Assembly (NCBI GenBank): GCA_046540335.1
Contig: JBKHFH010000005.1
Location: 1-43,328, forward strand
Direction: 5' to 3'
DNA from: Thermoplasmata archaeon
Lineage (GTDB): Archaea > Thermoplasmatota > Thermoplasmata > Halarchaeoplasmatales > Halarchaeoplasmataceae
DNA: 43,328 nucleotides
This document shows, piece by piece, positions 1-9,375 of this stretch. The position numbers and the translations under genes were made by a program. The notes beneath the pieces were generated by a model that saw nothing but the letters and a program-made list of their open reading frames with translations, was not told the DNA's origin and did no database searches. The first letter of the stretch is position 1; every line of letters begins with the position of its first letter.

Positions 1-33
1 ATCCTCATCCTTGTTTTTTCCTTATAGACTAAA

Positions 34-149
34 GGAGGTTTTAAGATGAGCAGGATTAACATCCTTTCACCGTTAAAACCAACGGAGGTTTTAAGATGAG
101 CAGGAAAAACGTTCCTTTCATCATTAAAACACGGAGGTTTTAAGATGAG
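34..149 (+). repeat. Tandem ~50-bp repeat (2 full units plus the start of a third), each beginning GGAGGTTTTAAGATGAG
   Basis: GGAGGTTTTAAGATGAG at 34-50, 84-100 and 133-149 (periods 50 and 49). The rest of units 1 and 2 is also similar. The ATG in the third copy is the start of the 145..1032 CDS. Confidence 0.9.
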
Positions 150-1032
150 TATGATAAATAGAGAAGTGGCTTGGAGAGTATTCGCGAGTGAATTCAATGA
201 ATCAACGCTCGAGATCGAAGGGGAGGAAGAAAGAGCACCTAGCTATCTAGTAACGCCTCTCGGGGCGAAACTCAACCGTGTTTATGCTGTGGGCGTTCTC
301 ACCGAGAAGGAAAACATAGGCGATCCCGAAGAACCGATGTGGAGAGCTAGAGTCACGGATCAGACCGGGACCTTCTTCGTTTCCGCGGGGCAGTATCAGC
401 CCGAAGTCACTTCCACGCTGACCAATATGGAGCCTCCGCTTTTCGTCGCAGTAGTGGGCAAAGCTAGCACCTACGAACCGGATGAAGATACCTTCTTGAC
501 TTCTATAAGAGCGGAAACGATCAAAGAAGTCACCGAGGAACAGCGTGATAACTGGATAGTAGAAGCCGCCCGCTCTCTGAAGAAGAGATTGGAGGTCGCG
601 ATGGAAGCATCGAAGATGGACGAGATATCCGTCGAAGAGCTGGTCGAGTTGGGTTTCGACGAGAAATTAGCAGAGGGCTTTAAATTGGCATCCGATCACT
701 ATGATTCTATTGATTTCAACAGGTACGAAAGGATGCTCGAAGACTCCTTGAGATATGTTTTACCAGAATACGAAACGAAATCTATAGAGGATATGGAAGA
801 AGAAAGCCAAGAAGAGAGAGATGAAGATCTAGAAGATTTCATCTTGGAGGTCATAGGTGACATCGAAGAAAGGGAGAATCTAGAGAATGGCGTGGATTAC
901 GAGAGAGTGAAAGATAAAGTGATGGAAGAAAAGGAGATATCACAGGATCAATTTGAGGAAGCGGTCAATAATCTGAGAACAGATGGAAAATTGTACGAGC
1001 CAGTCTTGGGTAACTTAAAGAGGATAGACTGA
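145..1032 (+). CDS. RPA-associated / RPA32-like OB-fold protein (COG3390) with C-terminal winged helix
   Basis: REVAWRVFASEF, YLVTPLGAKLNRVYAVGVLTE, WRARVTDQTGTFFVSAGQYQP and C-terminal GKLYEP motifs; GGAGG SD 7 nt upstream. Confidence 0.85.
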   Translation: MSMINREVAWRVFASEFNESTLEIEGEEERAPSYLVTPLGAKLNRVYAVGVLTEKENIGDPEEPMWRARVTDQTGTFFVSAGQYQPEVTSTLTNMEPPLFVAVVGKASTYEPDEDTFLTSIRAETIKEVTEEQRDNWIVEAARSLKKRLEVAMEASKMDEISVEELVELGFDEKLAEGFKLASDHYDSIDFNRYERMLEDSLRYVLPEYETKSIEDMEEESQEERDEDLEDFILEVIGDIEERENLENGVDYERVKDKVMEEKEISQDQFEEAVNNLRTDGKLYEPVLGNLKRID

Positions 1033-1776
1033 TCAGTCCTCTTCCTCCTTTTGTTCATCTATAGCCTCTTTCATCTTCATATCTCCCTCGACCACTTTTT
1101 TTGCCAATTTTTTAGAAATAGTGATCTCTCCGCTTTTCATCCGACTCCTACGCTGCATCTCTCTCATCTCTCCCTCAGTGGCTTCAACGTCGAACGGTCC
1201 TTCGGCTAGTTTACCTGCACTGAGAGCTATCTTTTTGGCGGCTTCTATGTCTGGTGCCTCTGTGAGCTTGGTGGTGTCCTCTTCATTAACGATCTCGATC
1301 CTTATAGCTAGACCTTCCAAAGCGTTTATGGTTCTATTTCTGTTGGTTTTATCTCCGTGTCCGATCCTAACCGTCATCCTTTGAAAGCTGTAATCTTCGA
1401 TAAACCTTTCTACTATCTTGCCTACTTCCTCTGGTGAATCAGCGTGCATTGTTTCTAAAATCTTTCCATCTCCGACTAGAGAGATACCCGGTTGTGTTCC
1501 GGGATCTACTCCTACGACGATCTTCTGATAGGTGAGTTTACCTTTTAACATCGATAGGGCCCTTCTAACTCCTCTTCGGATATCGTCTTCTACACCGACC
1601 ACATTCTCAAAATCGATCCCTTCAGCTTCTTGAGCCGTGGTGATGACTAAATCTACATTAGGTGGTATCGGATCGGTCGGAGAGAGACTGACGAAAGGTA
1701 TGTCTCGCTGTTTCAACTCTTTTACTATGTCATAGTAGAATTCGAAATTGTCCGTCGCCACTCCTAGTATCTTCAC
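1033..1776 (-). CDS. Conserved archaeal hypothetical protein with RNase H-like (VGVDPG) domain
   Basis: 247-aa ORF with IVVGVDPG...G.S, VRIGHG, VNEEDTT and DIEAA motifs typical of the RNase H/YqgF-like fold. Confidence 0.6.
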   Translation of the reverse strand: MKILGVATDNFEFYYDIVKELKQRDIPFVSLSPTDPIPPNVDLVITTAQEAEGIDFENVVGVEDDIRRGVRRALSMLKGKLTYQKIVVGVDPGTQPGISLVGDGKILETMHADSPEEVGKIVERFIEDYSFQRMTVRIGHGDKTNRNRTINALEGLAIRIEIVNEEDTTKLTEAPDIEAAKKIALSAGKLAEGPFDVEATEGEMREMQRRSRMKSGEITISKKLAKKVVEGDMKMKEAIDEQKEEED

Positions 1777-1840
1777 ATCTGTTAGAATTACTTTTAGAAA
1801 TATAGTCTTTTTGAAAGAAGAGAAAAAAAGAAAATGGGTT

Positions 1841-3202
1841 TTAACTCAGGTCGACATCTGGAGCCCTTTTGATGTCGCCCGATTCCATCATATTCTTTGT
1901 TTTCCGTTTGCTCGCCTTGATGGTTTTTTCAGCTCTCTCTCTAAGTTCTTCTTCAGATAGCTCTCTTCTAGCCAATCCCTGTTCGATAGCTTTCATCCCT
2001 ACTCTTACTGCCTGTCTGATATACACTTCCGTGTCTTCCATCGTGGGAACGAGATTTTCTTCGTCTAGGCCGTCCTCTTCGGCTACCTCGGCTATTGCGT
2101 ACGCTGCTTCGATGTGCATCTCATCGCTTATGGTCGTGGCTCGCACGTCTAGAGTTCCTCTGAATATGCCTGGGAAACCTATAGAATTGTTCACCTGGTT
2201 GGGGAAATCGGAACGTCCTGTACCGACTATTCTCACTCCAGCATCTTTTGCTTCCCATGGATAGATCTCAGGTATCGGATTCGCTTCCGCGAACAGGATA
2301 CCGTCGTCGTTCATTCCTTCCAACCATTCCTTCTTGATGGTACCCGGACCGGGTGCGGAGGCTGCGACGACCACATCTTTGCCTTCTATAAGTTCGGGTA
2401 TTTCACCCTCTTTTTCTTCCTTGTTCGTTTTCTGGGCGAATTTCCACTTTTCAGGTGTTTTTTCTTCATCTAGGTCGTCTTTACCGGGATGCAAAAGTCC
2501 AGTCGAGTCGCACAGATACATGTTCTCTTCTGGCACTCCCGCTTTGAGGAGTGTTCTCGCCAAGCATAGGTTAGCGGCTCCTGCGCCGATAAGGCCTACT
2601 TCTACTTCATCCAATTCTTTGTTAACAACTTTTAGACCGTTGATTATTCCTGCGAGAGTTATAGCTGCGGTACCCTGCTGGTCGTCGTGCCATACTGGTA
2701 TGTCCAATTCTTCTCTCAACCTGTCTAGAACTTCGAAACACTTGGGCGTAGCTATATCTTCGAGATTTATACCGCCGAACGAGGGCGCCATCCATTTAAC
2801 TGCCTGTACTATTTCGTCTGGATCGTGAGCGTTAAGACATATCGGGAAAGCGTCTACGCCTCCCAGGTACTTGAAAAGCAGACCTTTACCTTCCATCACA
2901 GGCATACCTGCTTCTGGGCCTATATCTCCTAGCCCCAATACTCTGCTTCCATCACTCACTACAGCGACGTTATTCCACTTGTTGGTGTGTTCGTAGACCT
3001 TCTCGGGATTCTCAGCGATATCTTCACAAGGCTTAGCTACTCCTGGCGTATACCAAACGCCGAAGTCATCGAGACTTTCTATTTGCACTTTTGGTGAAAC
3101 TTCTATTTTTCCTTTATAAAAGGGGTGCCATTCCATCGCTTTTTTAGCGGGTTCCTTTGACTTCTCTAAAAGTTCTTCTTTGGTCATTTCTTCATTACCC
3201 AT
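1841..3202 (-). CDS. NAD(P)-dependent malic enzyme
   Basis: YTPGVA, GLGDIG, PVMEGK, INLEDI, HDDQQGTA, GAGAA and GRSDFPNQVNN motifs. Confidence 0.95.
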   Translation of the reverse strand: MGNEEMTKEELLEKSKEPAKKAMEWHPFYKGKIEVSPKVQIESLDDFGVWYTPGVAKPCEDIAENPEKVYEHTNKWNNVAVVSDGSRVLGLGDIGPEAGMPVMEGKGLLFKYLGGVDAFPICLNAHDPDEIVQAVKWMAPSFGGINLEDIATPKCFEVLDRLREELDIPVWHDDQQGTAAITLAGIINGLKVVNKELDEVEVGLIGAGAANLCLARTLLKAGVPEENMYLCDSTGLLHPGKDDLDEEKTPEKWKFAQKTNKEEKEGEIPELIEGKDVVVAASAPGPGTIKKEWLEGMNDDGILFAEANPIPEIYPWEAKDAGVRIVGTGRSDFPNQVNNSIGFPGIFRGTLDVRATTISDEMHIEAAYAIAEVAEEDGLDEENLVPTMEDTEVYIRQAVRVGMKAIEQGLARRELSEEELRERAEKTIKASKRKTKNMMESGDIKRAPDVDLS

Positions 3203-3284
3203 AATATCGTTCCTCGTATGGAAATGGATTAGCCTATAAATAGATAATGGGGCTTAAACAATATCATTCATAAGAAACAAAAGA

Positions 3285-4253
3285 TCATCGCCAGGTGACT
3301 TCGACTTCATCGGTCCTGAATTTTTGCTTTATATGGCTCTCCTCCACACTGATCGAGATACCTGCATTATGCATAAGGTAACCCGTCCATGCGATCATGG
3401 CAGCGTTGTCGACGCAGTATTCTGCTTCGGGCACGTACCATTCTGCTCCTCTCTCCTCGGTCATTGTTTCGATCATCGACTGCAGTCTTTTGTTTTGAAC
3501 TACGCCTCCGCCGAGTAATACTTCATCTTTTCTGATGTGCGCTAGAGCTCTTTCAGTCACTTCAGTGAGCATAGCAAAAGTCGTTTCCTGTAGAGAGAAA
3601 CAGAGATCTTCTAACGGAGCTTCGGTGTTCAGTGCTGACGTCATTATACCTGAGAATTCCACGTCCATCCCTTTGACACTGTAAGGAAGATCGATCAGTT
3701 CAGTTCCTTTCTCAGCTTTTTTCTCGATCTCCGGTCCGGCGGGAAAAGTCATTCCTTGTTCCCTACCGAATTTATCCAACATATTTCCCAAACCTATGTC
3801 CAGCGTCTCACCGAAGACTCTATAGCGCCCTTTTCTGAAAGCAATGACTTGAGTGTTGCCGCCTGACACATAAAGAAGTATTGGGTTCTCGGCCCCGGTC
3901 ATCAGTCTACCTATCTCTAGGTGGGCTATACAGTGATTAACCCCTACAAGTGGAACATCAAGAGAAAGGGAGAGACTTCTAGCTGCTGTTGCAGTAGTTC
4001 TCAGACAGGGTCCTAGACCCGGTCCCTGTGAGAAAGAGACAACATCTATGTCGCTTTTTTCTATACCTGCCTCTTTTATGCTTTTCTGGAGCATCATCAA
4101 TACGTGGTTTGTATGATGATTCGCGGCCTCTCTAGGATGTATACCCTCTTTACCTTTGTAAGTTTTTGAGACATTCGATAGAATCTTTCCTCTATCAGTA
4201 ACTACGCTAGAACCGATAGTGTGTGCTGTGCCTTCTAGCCCTAAAATAAACAT
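3285..4253 (-). CDS. kae1: tRNA N6-adenosine threonylcarbamoyltransferase Kae1 (stand-alone, not fused to Bud32)
   Basis: LGLEGTAHT, GIHPREAA, GPGLGPCL, VNHCIAH, VSGGNTQ, ETLDIG and DNAAMIA motifs. Confidence 0.96.
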   Translation of the reverse strand: MFILGLEGTAHTIGSSVVTDRGKILSNVSKTYKGKEGIHPREAANHHTNHVLMMLQKSIKEAGIEKSDIDVVSFSQGPGLGPCLRTTATAARSLSLSLDVPLVGVNHCIAHLEIGRLMTGAENPILLYVSGGNTQVIAFRKGRYRVFGETLDIGLGNMLDKFGREQGMTFPAGPEIEKKAEKGTELIDLPYSVKGMDVEFSGIMTSALNTEAPLEDLCFSLQETTFAMLTEVTERALAHIRKDEVLLGGGVVQNKRLQSMIETMTEERGAEWYVPEAEYCVDNAAMIAWTGYLMHNAGISISVEESHIKQKFRTDEVEVTWR

Positions 4254-4276
4254 AATAAAGAAAGAAAAGGATTTTT

Positions 4277-4423
4277 TTATTCAGGCTTACCTATCCTGTA
4301 GACTCCGGTCCCGCACTTTGGACACTCACCTTTTATGGCGGGTTTTCCGTTCTTCATCTCGGTTTCCTCAGGATTTTTCACCTTGACTTTTTCGCCACAT
4401 TTGACGCAATAAGCTTTTACCAT
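4277..4423 (-). CDS. 48-aa DUF5679 / Cren7-like zinc-ribbon protein (missed by ORF track)
   Basis: Translated by hand: MVKAYCVKCGEKVKVKNPEETEMKNGKPAIKGECPKCGTGVYRIGKPE. It has two CxxC motifs, an SD-like GAGTGAG upstream and a T-rich tract downstream. Confidence 0.85.
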   Translation of the reverse strand: MVKAYCVKCGEKVKVKNPEETEMKNGKPAIKGECPKCGTGVYRIGKPE

Positions 4424-4490
4424 GCTCTCACTCACTCGAGGATTGTAAAAAGACTATTAAAGCTTTACTTATGGAAAGGGGATAGGAAAA

Positions 4491-4828
4491 GGGAGACCAG
4501 GTGACCGATGTAAGCCCCTTTCTGTTTTGGATTCAGCCGACATTCACCTGCGCGTCCTACCTGCCGGTCGCGGAAAGGTCAACCCGGCGTCTTTGGACTT
4601 GCTCCAGTGGGGTAAAGTGGCCGTTTCATCGTTCCCCCTTGATCAAAGCTCGATGGGTTAACTCACTCCCCTTGCGGGAAGTTTCGCACATCTCACAGCT
4701 TCCAAGAGGACGTGTCGTTTCTGCGCCCTGAACCGTGGCTCTCACCACACCAGCTTGTGCTGATCCACTTTTCCTGCGGAGAGGGGACTTTCCTCAGTGT
4801 CGAACACCGTCGGTCGGCCACGGTCTCC
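4491..4828 (-). ncRNA. rnpB: RNase P RNA
   Basis: The minus strand has GAGGAAAGTCC near the 5' end and AACAGAAAGGGGCTTAC near the 3' end. The 5' GGAGACC pairs with the 3' GGTCTCC. It is a GC-rich island with a TATA-like TTAAATA ~25-30 nt upstream. Confidence 0.95.
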
Positions 4829-4886
4829 TGGTCAAGAATAGATGGGCTGCATGAGATATTTAATTCTTCCGAAAAGGAGGTTAGGT

Positions 4887-5576
4887 CTATTTGAACTTCA
4901 CCTCGTTGGAAGTTCTGATCATCCATGTTCCTGTAGTGCTATCATACGTTATTTTACCTTCAATCACCACTGGCTTTCCTAATAATTCACCTTCGGCCTC
5001 GTTTATCTCTTGATCTACTTTGCAGGTGATTATGTATTTATCTTCTTCCAGATCCGAGATTAAAAGATTCAAATTCTGGTCTGACTCCTCGATTTTTTTG
5101 ATATCACCACGGATTTTGACCTCCATCCCTTCATACCAGCTAGGATTTTCCAAGATATACTCTATCGAAGTGAAACTTGAATAAGTCTCCTCTTCGATTG
5201 AGATTTCACCCGTATTATCGATCTTCAACTGTACTTCGTCTTCATATTCTTCCAGTTTACCTTCTAAACCGACCCTTGCCCCGGGAATCATCTTTTCTTT
5301 CAAACCCACTTCTTCGAGTATTTGCCGGTCAGTAGCTACCGTCAGACTATCTTCTACACCTTTTTCTTTAACCTGGAACACAACAGTATAGCCCAACCAT
5401 GATATATCGGAGATGAATCCTTCTGTTTTCACCCTGGAACCCAAAAAGTCCTCATTGATTTCAGAAAGTTCAAGGGTTCTGGTCGAGTTCCTGTCGGTCA
5501 ATGCATACAGTGCAGAAATACCTATGATTGAAAAGACTACGGCGATAGTCAAAATTTTCCTTTTATCGAGTTCCAT
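4887..5576 (-). CDS. Membrane-anchored protein with two OB-fold-like domains
   Basis: N-terminal hydrophobic helix (ILTIAVVFSIIGISALYAL), then two repeats of an OB-like pattern (VKTEGFI...LEGKLEEY; VKIRGDI...IEGKITY). Confidence 0.7.
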   Translation of the reverse strand: MELDKRKILTIAVVFSIIGISALYALTDRNSTRTLELSEINEDFLGSRVKTEGFISDISWLGYTVVFQVKEKGVEDSLTVATDRQILEEVGLKEKMIPGARVGLEGKLEEYEDEVQLKIDNTGEISIEEETYSSFTSIEYILENPSWYEGMEVKIRGDIKKIEESDQNLNLLISDLEEDKYIITCKVDQEINEAEGELLGKPVVIEGKITYDSTTGTWMIRTSNEVKFK

Positions 5577-5582
5577 GTTCGC

Positions 5583-6761
5583 CTACCCTCTTTCAAGCAT
5601 AGCCTCCAGCTTTTCTTCGAGTTTCTCCACAGTGATATCAGAAAGTGAGATCTTAGTCGTTCTCCCCTCTCCGTCTGAAACTGTTTTTGTCCCCAGCAGT
5701 CCCTCGTTTGACAGCGATTTGAGATACTTCCAGAATTGTGTATGGCCAAGTTTTTTGGTCCCGTACTCTTCACATAATATTTTATAAAGTTCTTCTATCT
5801 CTCCCGTGATAGTGTAACTCTGTTCTTTCAACTTTCGAGCAGAAGCTAAGAGTATCAATCTTTCCTGCTGATTCAGGTCCTTGAGTTTGCTCTCAGTGAA
5901 ATACGGATCTATCTCTCCCTTCGCCGATCGGATATCTTCAGTGACGATCTCGTCTCTGCCGTCCATCTCCGCTATCAAAGCAGATTTTTCTAGCAGTTCG
6001 ATCCCGAAGCGAGCGTCACCATTACCGTCTCCGTCTTTACCGGCAATGTCCGAGATGAGTCGTATTTTATCTTCTGTTAGGGCTCCGGGATAAAAAGACA
6101 TCTCTACTCTGTTCTTTAATATCGGAAAGAGATCTTCAGAAGTGTATCTTGGGAACCTCACCCGGTTGCTTCTTTTGAAAGAGCTTCTTGCGCTTTCTTC
6201 CAGAAGTTCGAAGATATTTTTCTGAGAGATCAACATGAGTGAGATGTTACCCTCTGGGGAAAGTTCTTCTTCATCGAATCGTGAAAGAAGATAGATCAGA
6301 TCGGACCCATCTTTTTGTATGAGAGAGTCGACTTCATCAAGTACTATGAAAAGATGCAAATTTTGTTCTTCTACCTTTTCCTTCACGATCTTCATCATCT
6401 CTTCGACCGAAAAGCCTCTATCGGGAAAACCTTTATCGAAATGGTGTACCACTTTCCACATCGCAGAACTGTTGTTCTTCCTTTTCCGGCAATTCACAAA
6501 TACGTAATCTATGTTTTGATCTCTTTTTTCAGCCCAATCTTCAAAGTCCATGCAGAACCTTTTAGCCGTAACGGTCTTTCCAGTACCGACCGGACCGTGC
6601 AAGAAAACATTCTGAGACACGTTAGAGGAAACTACGCCTCTGTAAAGTCCGAAGAGCTTCTGCATCTCTTCCTCTCTGTTGGGGAGCTCATCTGGGATGA
6701 AATCGAAGGAAAGTTTTTGCTGGTCCTTGATGATGTTTCCTTGGGATTTTTCAAAGTCCAT
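5583..6761 (-). CDS. cdc6: ORC1-type replication initiator Cdc6/Orc1
   Basis: FIPDELPNRE, Walker A GPVGTGKT, Walker B IVLDEVD, GDAR sensor and winged-helix C-terminus. ATG 6761 preferred over GTG 6773. Confidence 0.95.
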   Translation of the reverse strand: MDFEKSQGNIIKDQQKLSFDFIPDELPNREEEMQKLFGLYRGVVSSNVSQNVFLHGPVGTGKTVTAKRFCMDFEDWAEKRDQNIDYVFVNCRKRKNNSSAMWKVVHHFDKGFPDRGFSVEEMMKIVKEKVEEQNLHLFIVLDEVDSLIQKDGSDLIYLLSRFDEEELSPEGNISLMLISQKNIFELLEESARSSFKRSNRVRFPRYTSEDLFPILKNRVEMSFYPGALTEDKIRLISDIAGKDGDGNGDARFGIELLEKSALIAEMDGRDEIVTEDIRSAKGEIDPYFTESKLKDLNQQERLILLASARKLKEQSYTITGEIEELYKILCEEYGTKKLGHTQFWKYLKSLSNEGLLGTKTVSDGEGRTTKISLSDITVEKLEEKLEAMLERG

Positions 6762-6845
6762 CTTAACTCTCACTCAATCTTTGTTAAAACTATCTAATAT
6801 AAAACGATGACGCAAGTCAGCAGATCATGTCAAAAAATCTATTTT

Positions 6846-7505
6846 TCAATTCTTAGGATTCTCCCTGTTTATCTCCTTAAGTTTTTTCTTGACCCCGTCT
6901 ATCCGCTCTTCTTCTATGAGTACCACCATATCACCTCTTTTTGAAAGCCTGTAAATATTTTTTGCCATCGTTTTTTCTCTGTAAGCTTCTAGTTTCTGGA
7001 ATCCTTTTAGTTTGTTTATGAAACCATCCCATTTTTTTGCAAACTCTACAGGATGATTGGCGTCTATATCCTTTCTGAACAACCCCTTTTCCCTTATAGA
7101 CTGTCGTATCCATTGGAATCCCGATACGTTGTCGCAGTAAGCCATCGTATAATGCTCTTCATCCATATCTATCGCCTCCGTTTCGATATCGTTTTCAAGG
7201 CAGTATTTCAAGAAAAACGTGTAGGATGGAGGAGGTAAACTGACTTCTCCGAACTCACTGAGTTTTTTTGCATATGCTTTTTCAGGTCTTGAGGGCTCTA
7301 TATCGGTCTCCATGTCCTCATTAATGATCAATTCTTTCAAACCTTTCTTTTCTTCCTTGGATATGGGAAGACCTCCGACTTTGAATTCAAGTCCTTTCAC
7401 GATATCTTTCAATCTATCAGCTTCGCTAACTAGTCCTTTGACTATACCGAAAAGATATATCTTCGAGTCATTGATTTCAAATCTATATTCACTAAATGAA
7501 CCCAT
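6846..7505 (-). CDS. Conserved hypothetical protein (possibly TraB-like fold)
   Basis: ~220-aa ORF in an operon between the HTH regulator and cdc6; IEAIDM- and REKTMA-like motifs. The fold assignment is tentative. Confidence 0.55.
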   Translation of the reverse strand: MGSFSEYRFEINDSKIYLFGIVKGLVSEADRLKDIVKGLEFKVGGLPISKEEKKGLKELIINEDMETDIEPSRPEKAYAKKLSEFGEVSLPPPSYTFFLKYCLENDIETEAIDMDEEHYTMAYCDNVSGFQWIRQSIREKGLFRKDIDANHPVEFAKKWDGFINKLKGFQKLEAYREKTMAKNIYRLSKRGDMVVLIEEERIDGVKKKLKEINRENPKN

Positions 7506-7507
7506 AT

Positions 7508-8452
7508 TCAACCCTTTCTTTCGGTCACCAATTCCGAGACTTCTTCTTTATCTTCTATACTAGTCAGTTCGTTCTTCTCGATCAGAGGGATACCCTCGAT
7601 GTTCATCCTGGTAGATTTTTTGTGGATGAATATCACTGGATCTTTTTCTGTGATATCGGAGAGGTTAGAAACTATCTTTGCCTTCTTTACCAGTTTTTTG
7701 TCTTTTTTAGCACCAACACCACTCAGGAAGACTCTTTCTTCATCTTCCGTCACTGCTTCGAAGGGGCACTCGCATGTAGGAAGTATCCGGTATCCCATAG
7801 AAAGTAGCGATTCGAATATCACTCTCTCGAATCCTGAATACTGGTCTAGAGAAATATCGGATTTTCTGTCGGATTCCACCCTTTCAAAGGGATTTATCGG
7901 CATGATCAGGTCTTCGCCTAGGAACTCCTGGAGCCTGAGCGCCACTTCCAGATCGGCCCCCATACCATCTTCATATTTTTGGATGGATTTACGGGAAACA
8001 CCAGCTATATCCGCCAATTTACTGAGCGTTATCCTCTCATCCTTTCTAGCCTTTCTTAAGATGTCTGAGTTCATCCTTACGTAGAGTCCTCCGGGTGCGG
8101 AAAAAACGTAAGGGGGAATCCCCTCAATGATCATATCTTTGAAAGTTTCGGGAGACATCAACGGTATACCCTTCCTGGAATAGACGACCCCTTGTCTCAA
8201 CTTTTTTTGTCCACCTTTCCAAGCGATGAATAGGGGGGAGGCGTCGATCGCTTCATTCAATATCTTCAACTGCTCAGCGTCTTTCACCCTGGAACTATCC
8301 GCATTGAGGGTTATGCAGAGAACTAAGAGCAGATCGTCTTTTCTTGCGATTATATCGAAGGGCATCGTCTCCTGGTACTCTTTTTTGGAGAGATAAAACC
8401 CAGATCTTGAAAGTACCTCCCTTACTTCTTCAATAAGTTGGGGTCTATTCAT
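7508..8452 (-). CDS. Archaeal HTH-type transcriptional regulator (COG1395, Cro/C1 HTH)
   Basis: FDIIARK, GVVYSRKGIP, APGGLYV and LSKLADIAGVSRKSIQKYEDG motifs. Confidence 0.88.
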   Translation of the reverse strand: MNRPQLIEEVREVLSRSGFYLSKKEYQETMPFDIIARKDDLLLVLCITLNADSSRVKDAEQLKILNEAIDASPLFIAWKGGQKKLRQGVVYSRKGIPLMSPETFKDMIIEGIPPYVFSAPGGLYVRMNSDILRKARKDERITLSKLADIAGVSRKSIQKYEDGMGADLEVALRLQEFLGEDLIMPINPFERVESDRKSDISLDQYSGFERVIFESLLSMGYRILPTCECPFEAVTEDEERVFLSGVGAKKDKKLVKKAKIVSNLSDITEKDPVIFIHKKSTRMNIEGIPLIEKNELTSIEDKEEVSELVTERKG

Positions 8453-8554
8453 TAGTAATTAATTTAGCTAGAGCTTCTATATAAAGGTAACGTGGTCAAT
8501 CAACCGACAGAGACCTACTTCAGAAAATATAAAATTCTGAAATAATCATGCTTC

Positions 8555-9232
8555 TCAAAAGTAAAGTTCCCAGTACACCGTTGAATTCAACCAGCTTTGT
8601 TTTTCAGAAACTCTCTCGTCTAATCTGTTCAGTGTCTTCCCGATGTCTAGAGGTAGGATCTGATATATGCCGTATGGAATTATGAATTTTTCCTGGTAAT
8701 TAACTTCTTTCACATCAGGGATTTCATCAAATTTATCTTTGAGTAAAGAGTTTGAATAGAGACTGCTGTTCTGGGGAAGCGCCCACTGATACATCATCCG
8801 AAGGCTCATCGGATGCAGAGTTTCAAAAACAAATTTTTCTCTGCTAACTCTTGCCACTTCCACTATAAAGTCTTCTATATCTTCTGTTTCTAGAAGATGA
8901 AAAAACCGCATGCTGATTGTGATATCAAAACTATCATCTTTGAATGGAAGATTTAGGGCATCTCCCTGGATGCACTCGACTCGGTTGTGCGTTAGCATCT
9001 CCTTGCTAGCGTCAACCCCTATGACTTTTCCTCCTTGTCTCTCCAGGAGTTCTGCGAATCTACCGGTCCCGGTAGCTATATCTAGTATGATTTTATTTTT
9101 AGGCTCTACAAGTGAGAGAAGCATCTCCTTTTCCTTAAAATCGAGGATCTCACCTCCACCAGTGAACCTATTCTCATCGTAACTGTCCGCTATTTCTTCT
9201 TCTCTGTACCATTTTTGGCCTTTCTTGAACAT
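8555..9232 (-). CDS. Class I SAM-dependent methyltransferase
   Basis: ILDIATGTGRF, GVDASKEML and GDALNLPFKDDSFD motifs. Confidence 0.92.
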   Translation of the reverse strand: MFKKGQKWYREEEIADSYDENRFTGGGEILDFKEKEMLLSLVEPKNKIILDIATGTGRFAELLERQGGKVIGVDASKEMLTHNRVECIQGDALNLPFKDDSFDITISMRFFHLLETEDIEDFIVEVARVSREKFVFETLHPMSLRMMYQWALPQNSSLYSNSLLKDKFDEIPDVKEVNYQEKFIIPYGIYQILPLDIGKTLNRLDERVSEKQSWLNSTVYWELYF

Positions 9233-9375
9233 TTTTATCCCAGGGATTAATTGTTTTACCGATGGTATGTCTAAGTATTTAGTTATTTTTAAAGCTTAGT
9301 AGAAAATACTGCCGTTAAAAAACCGGCAAAAACTATATAGCCCAATATTTTATTATATTCCTACGGTTGGACCCT

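Noticed and set aside
34-149. CRISPR array
   Set aside because: The intervening segments are similar to each other rather than unique spacers, there are only ~2.3 units, and no cas genes are present.
4501-4926. Short ORFs at 4501-4731, 4693-4926 and 4712-4894
   Set aside because: They overlap the RNase P RNA and have no protein features.
6762-6845. Replication origin next to cdc6
   Set aside because: The spacer is short, with no ORB-like (TCCA..GAAA + G-string) repeats. Only a weak TGAC-N4-GTCA palindrome is present.
8519-8541. TTCAGAA-N9-TTCTGAA inverted repeat
   Set aside because: A single short AT-rich palindrome, probably a terminator or chance.
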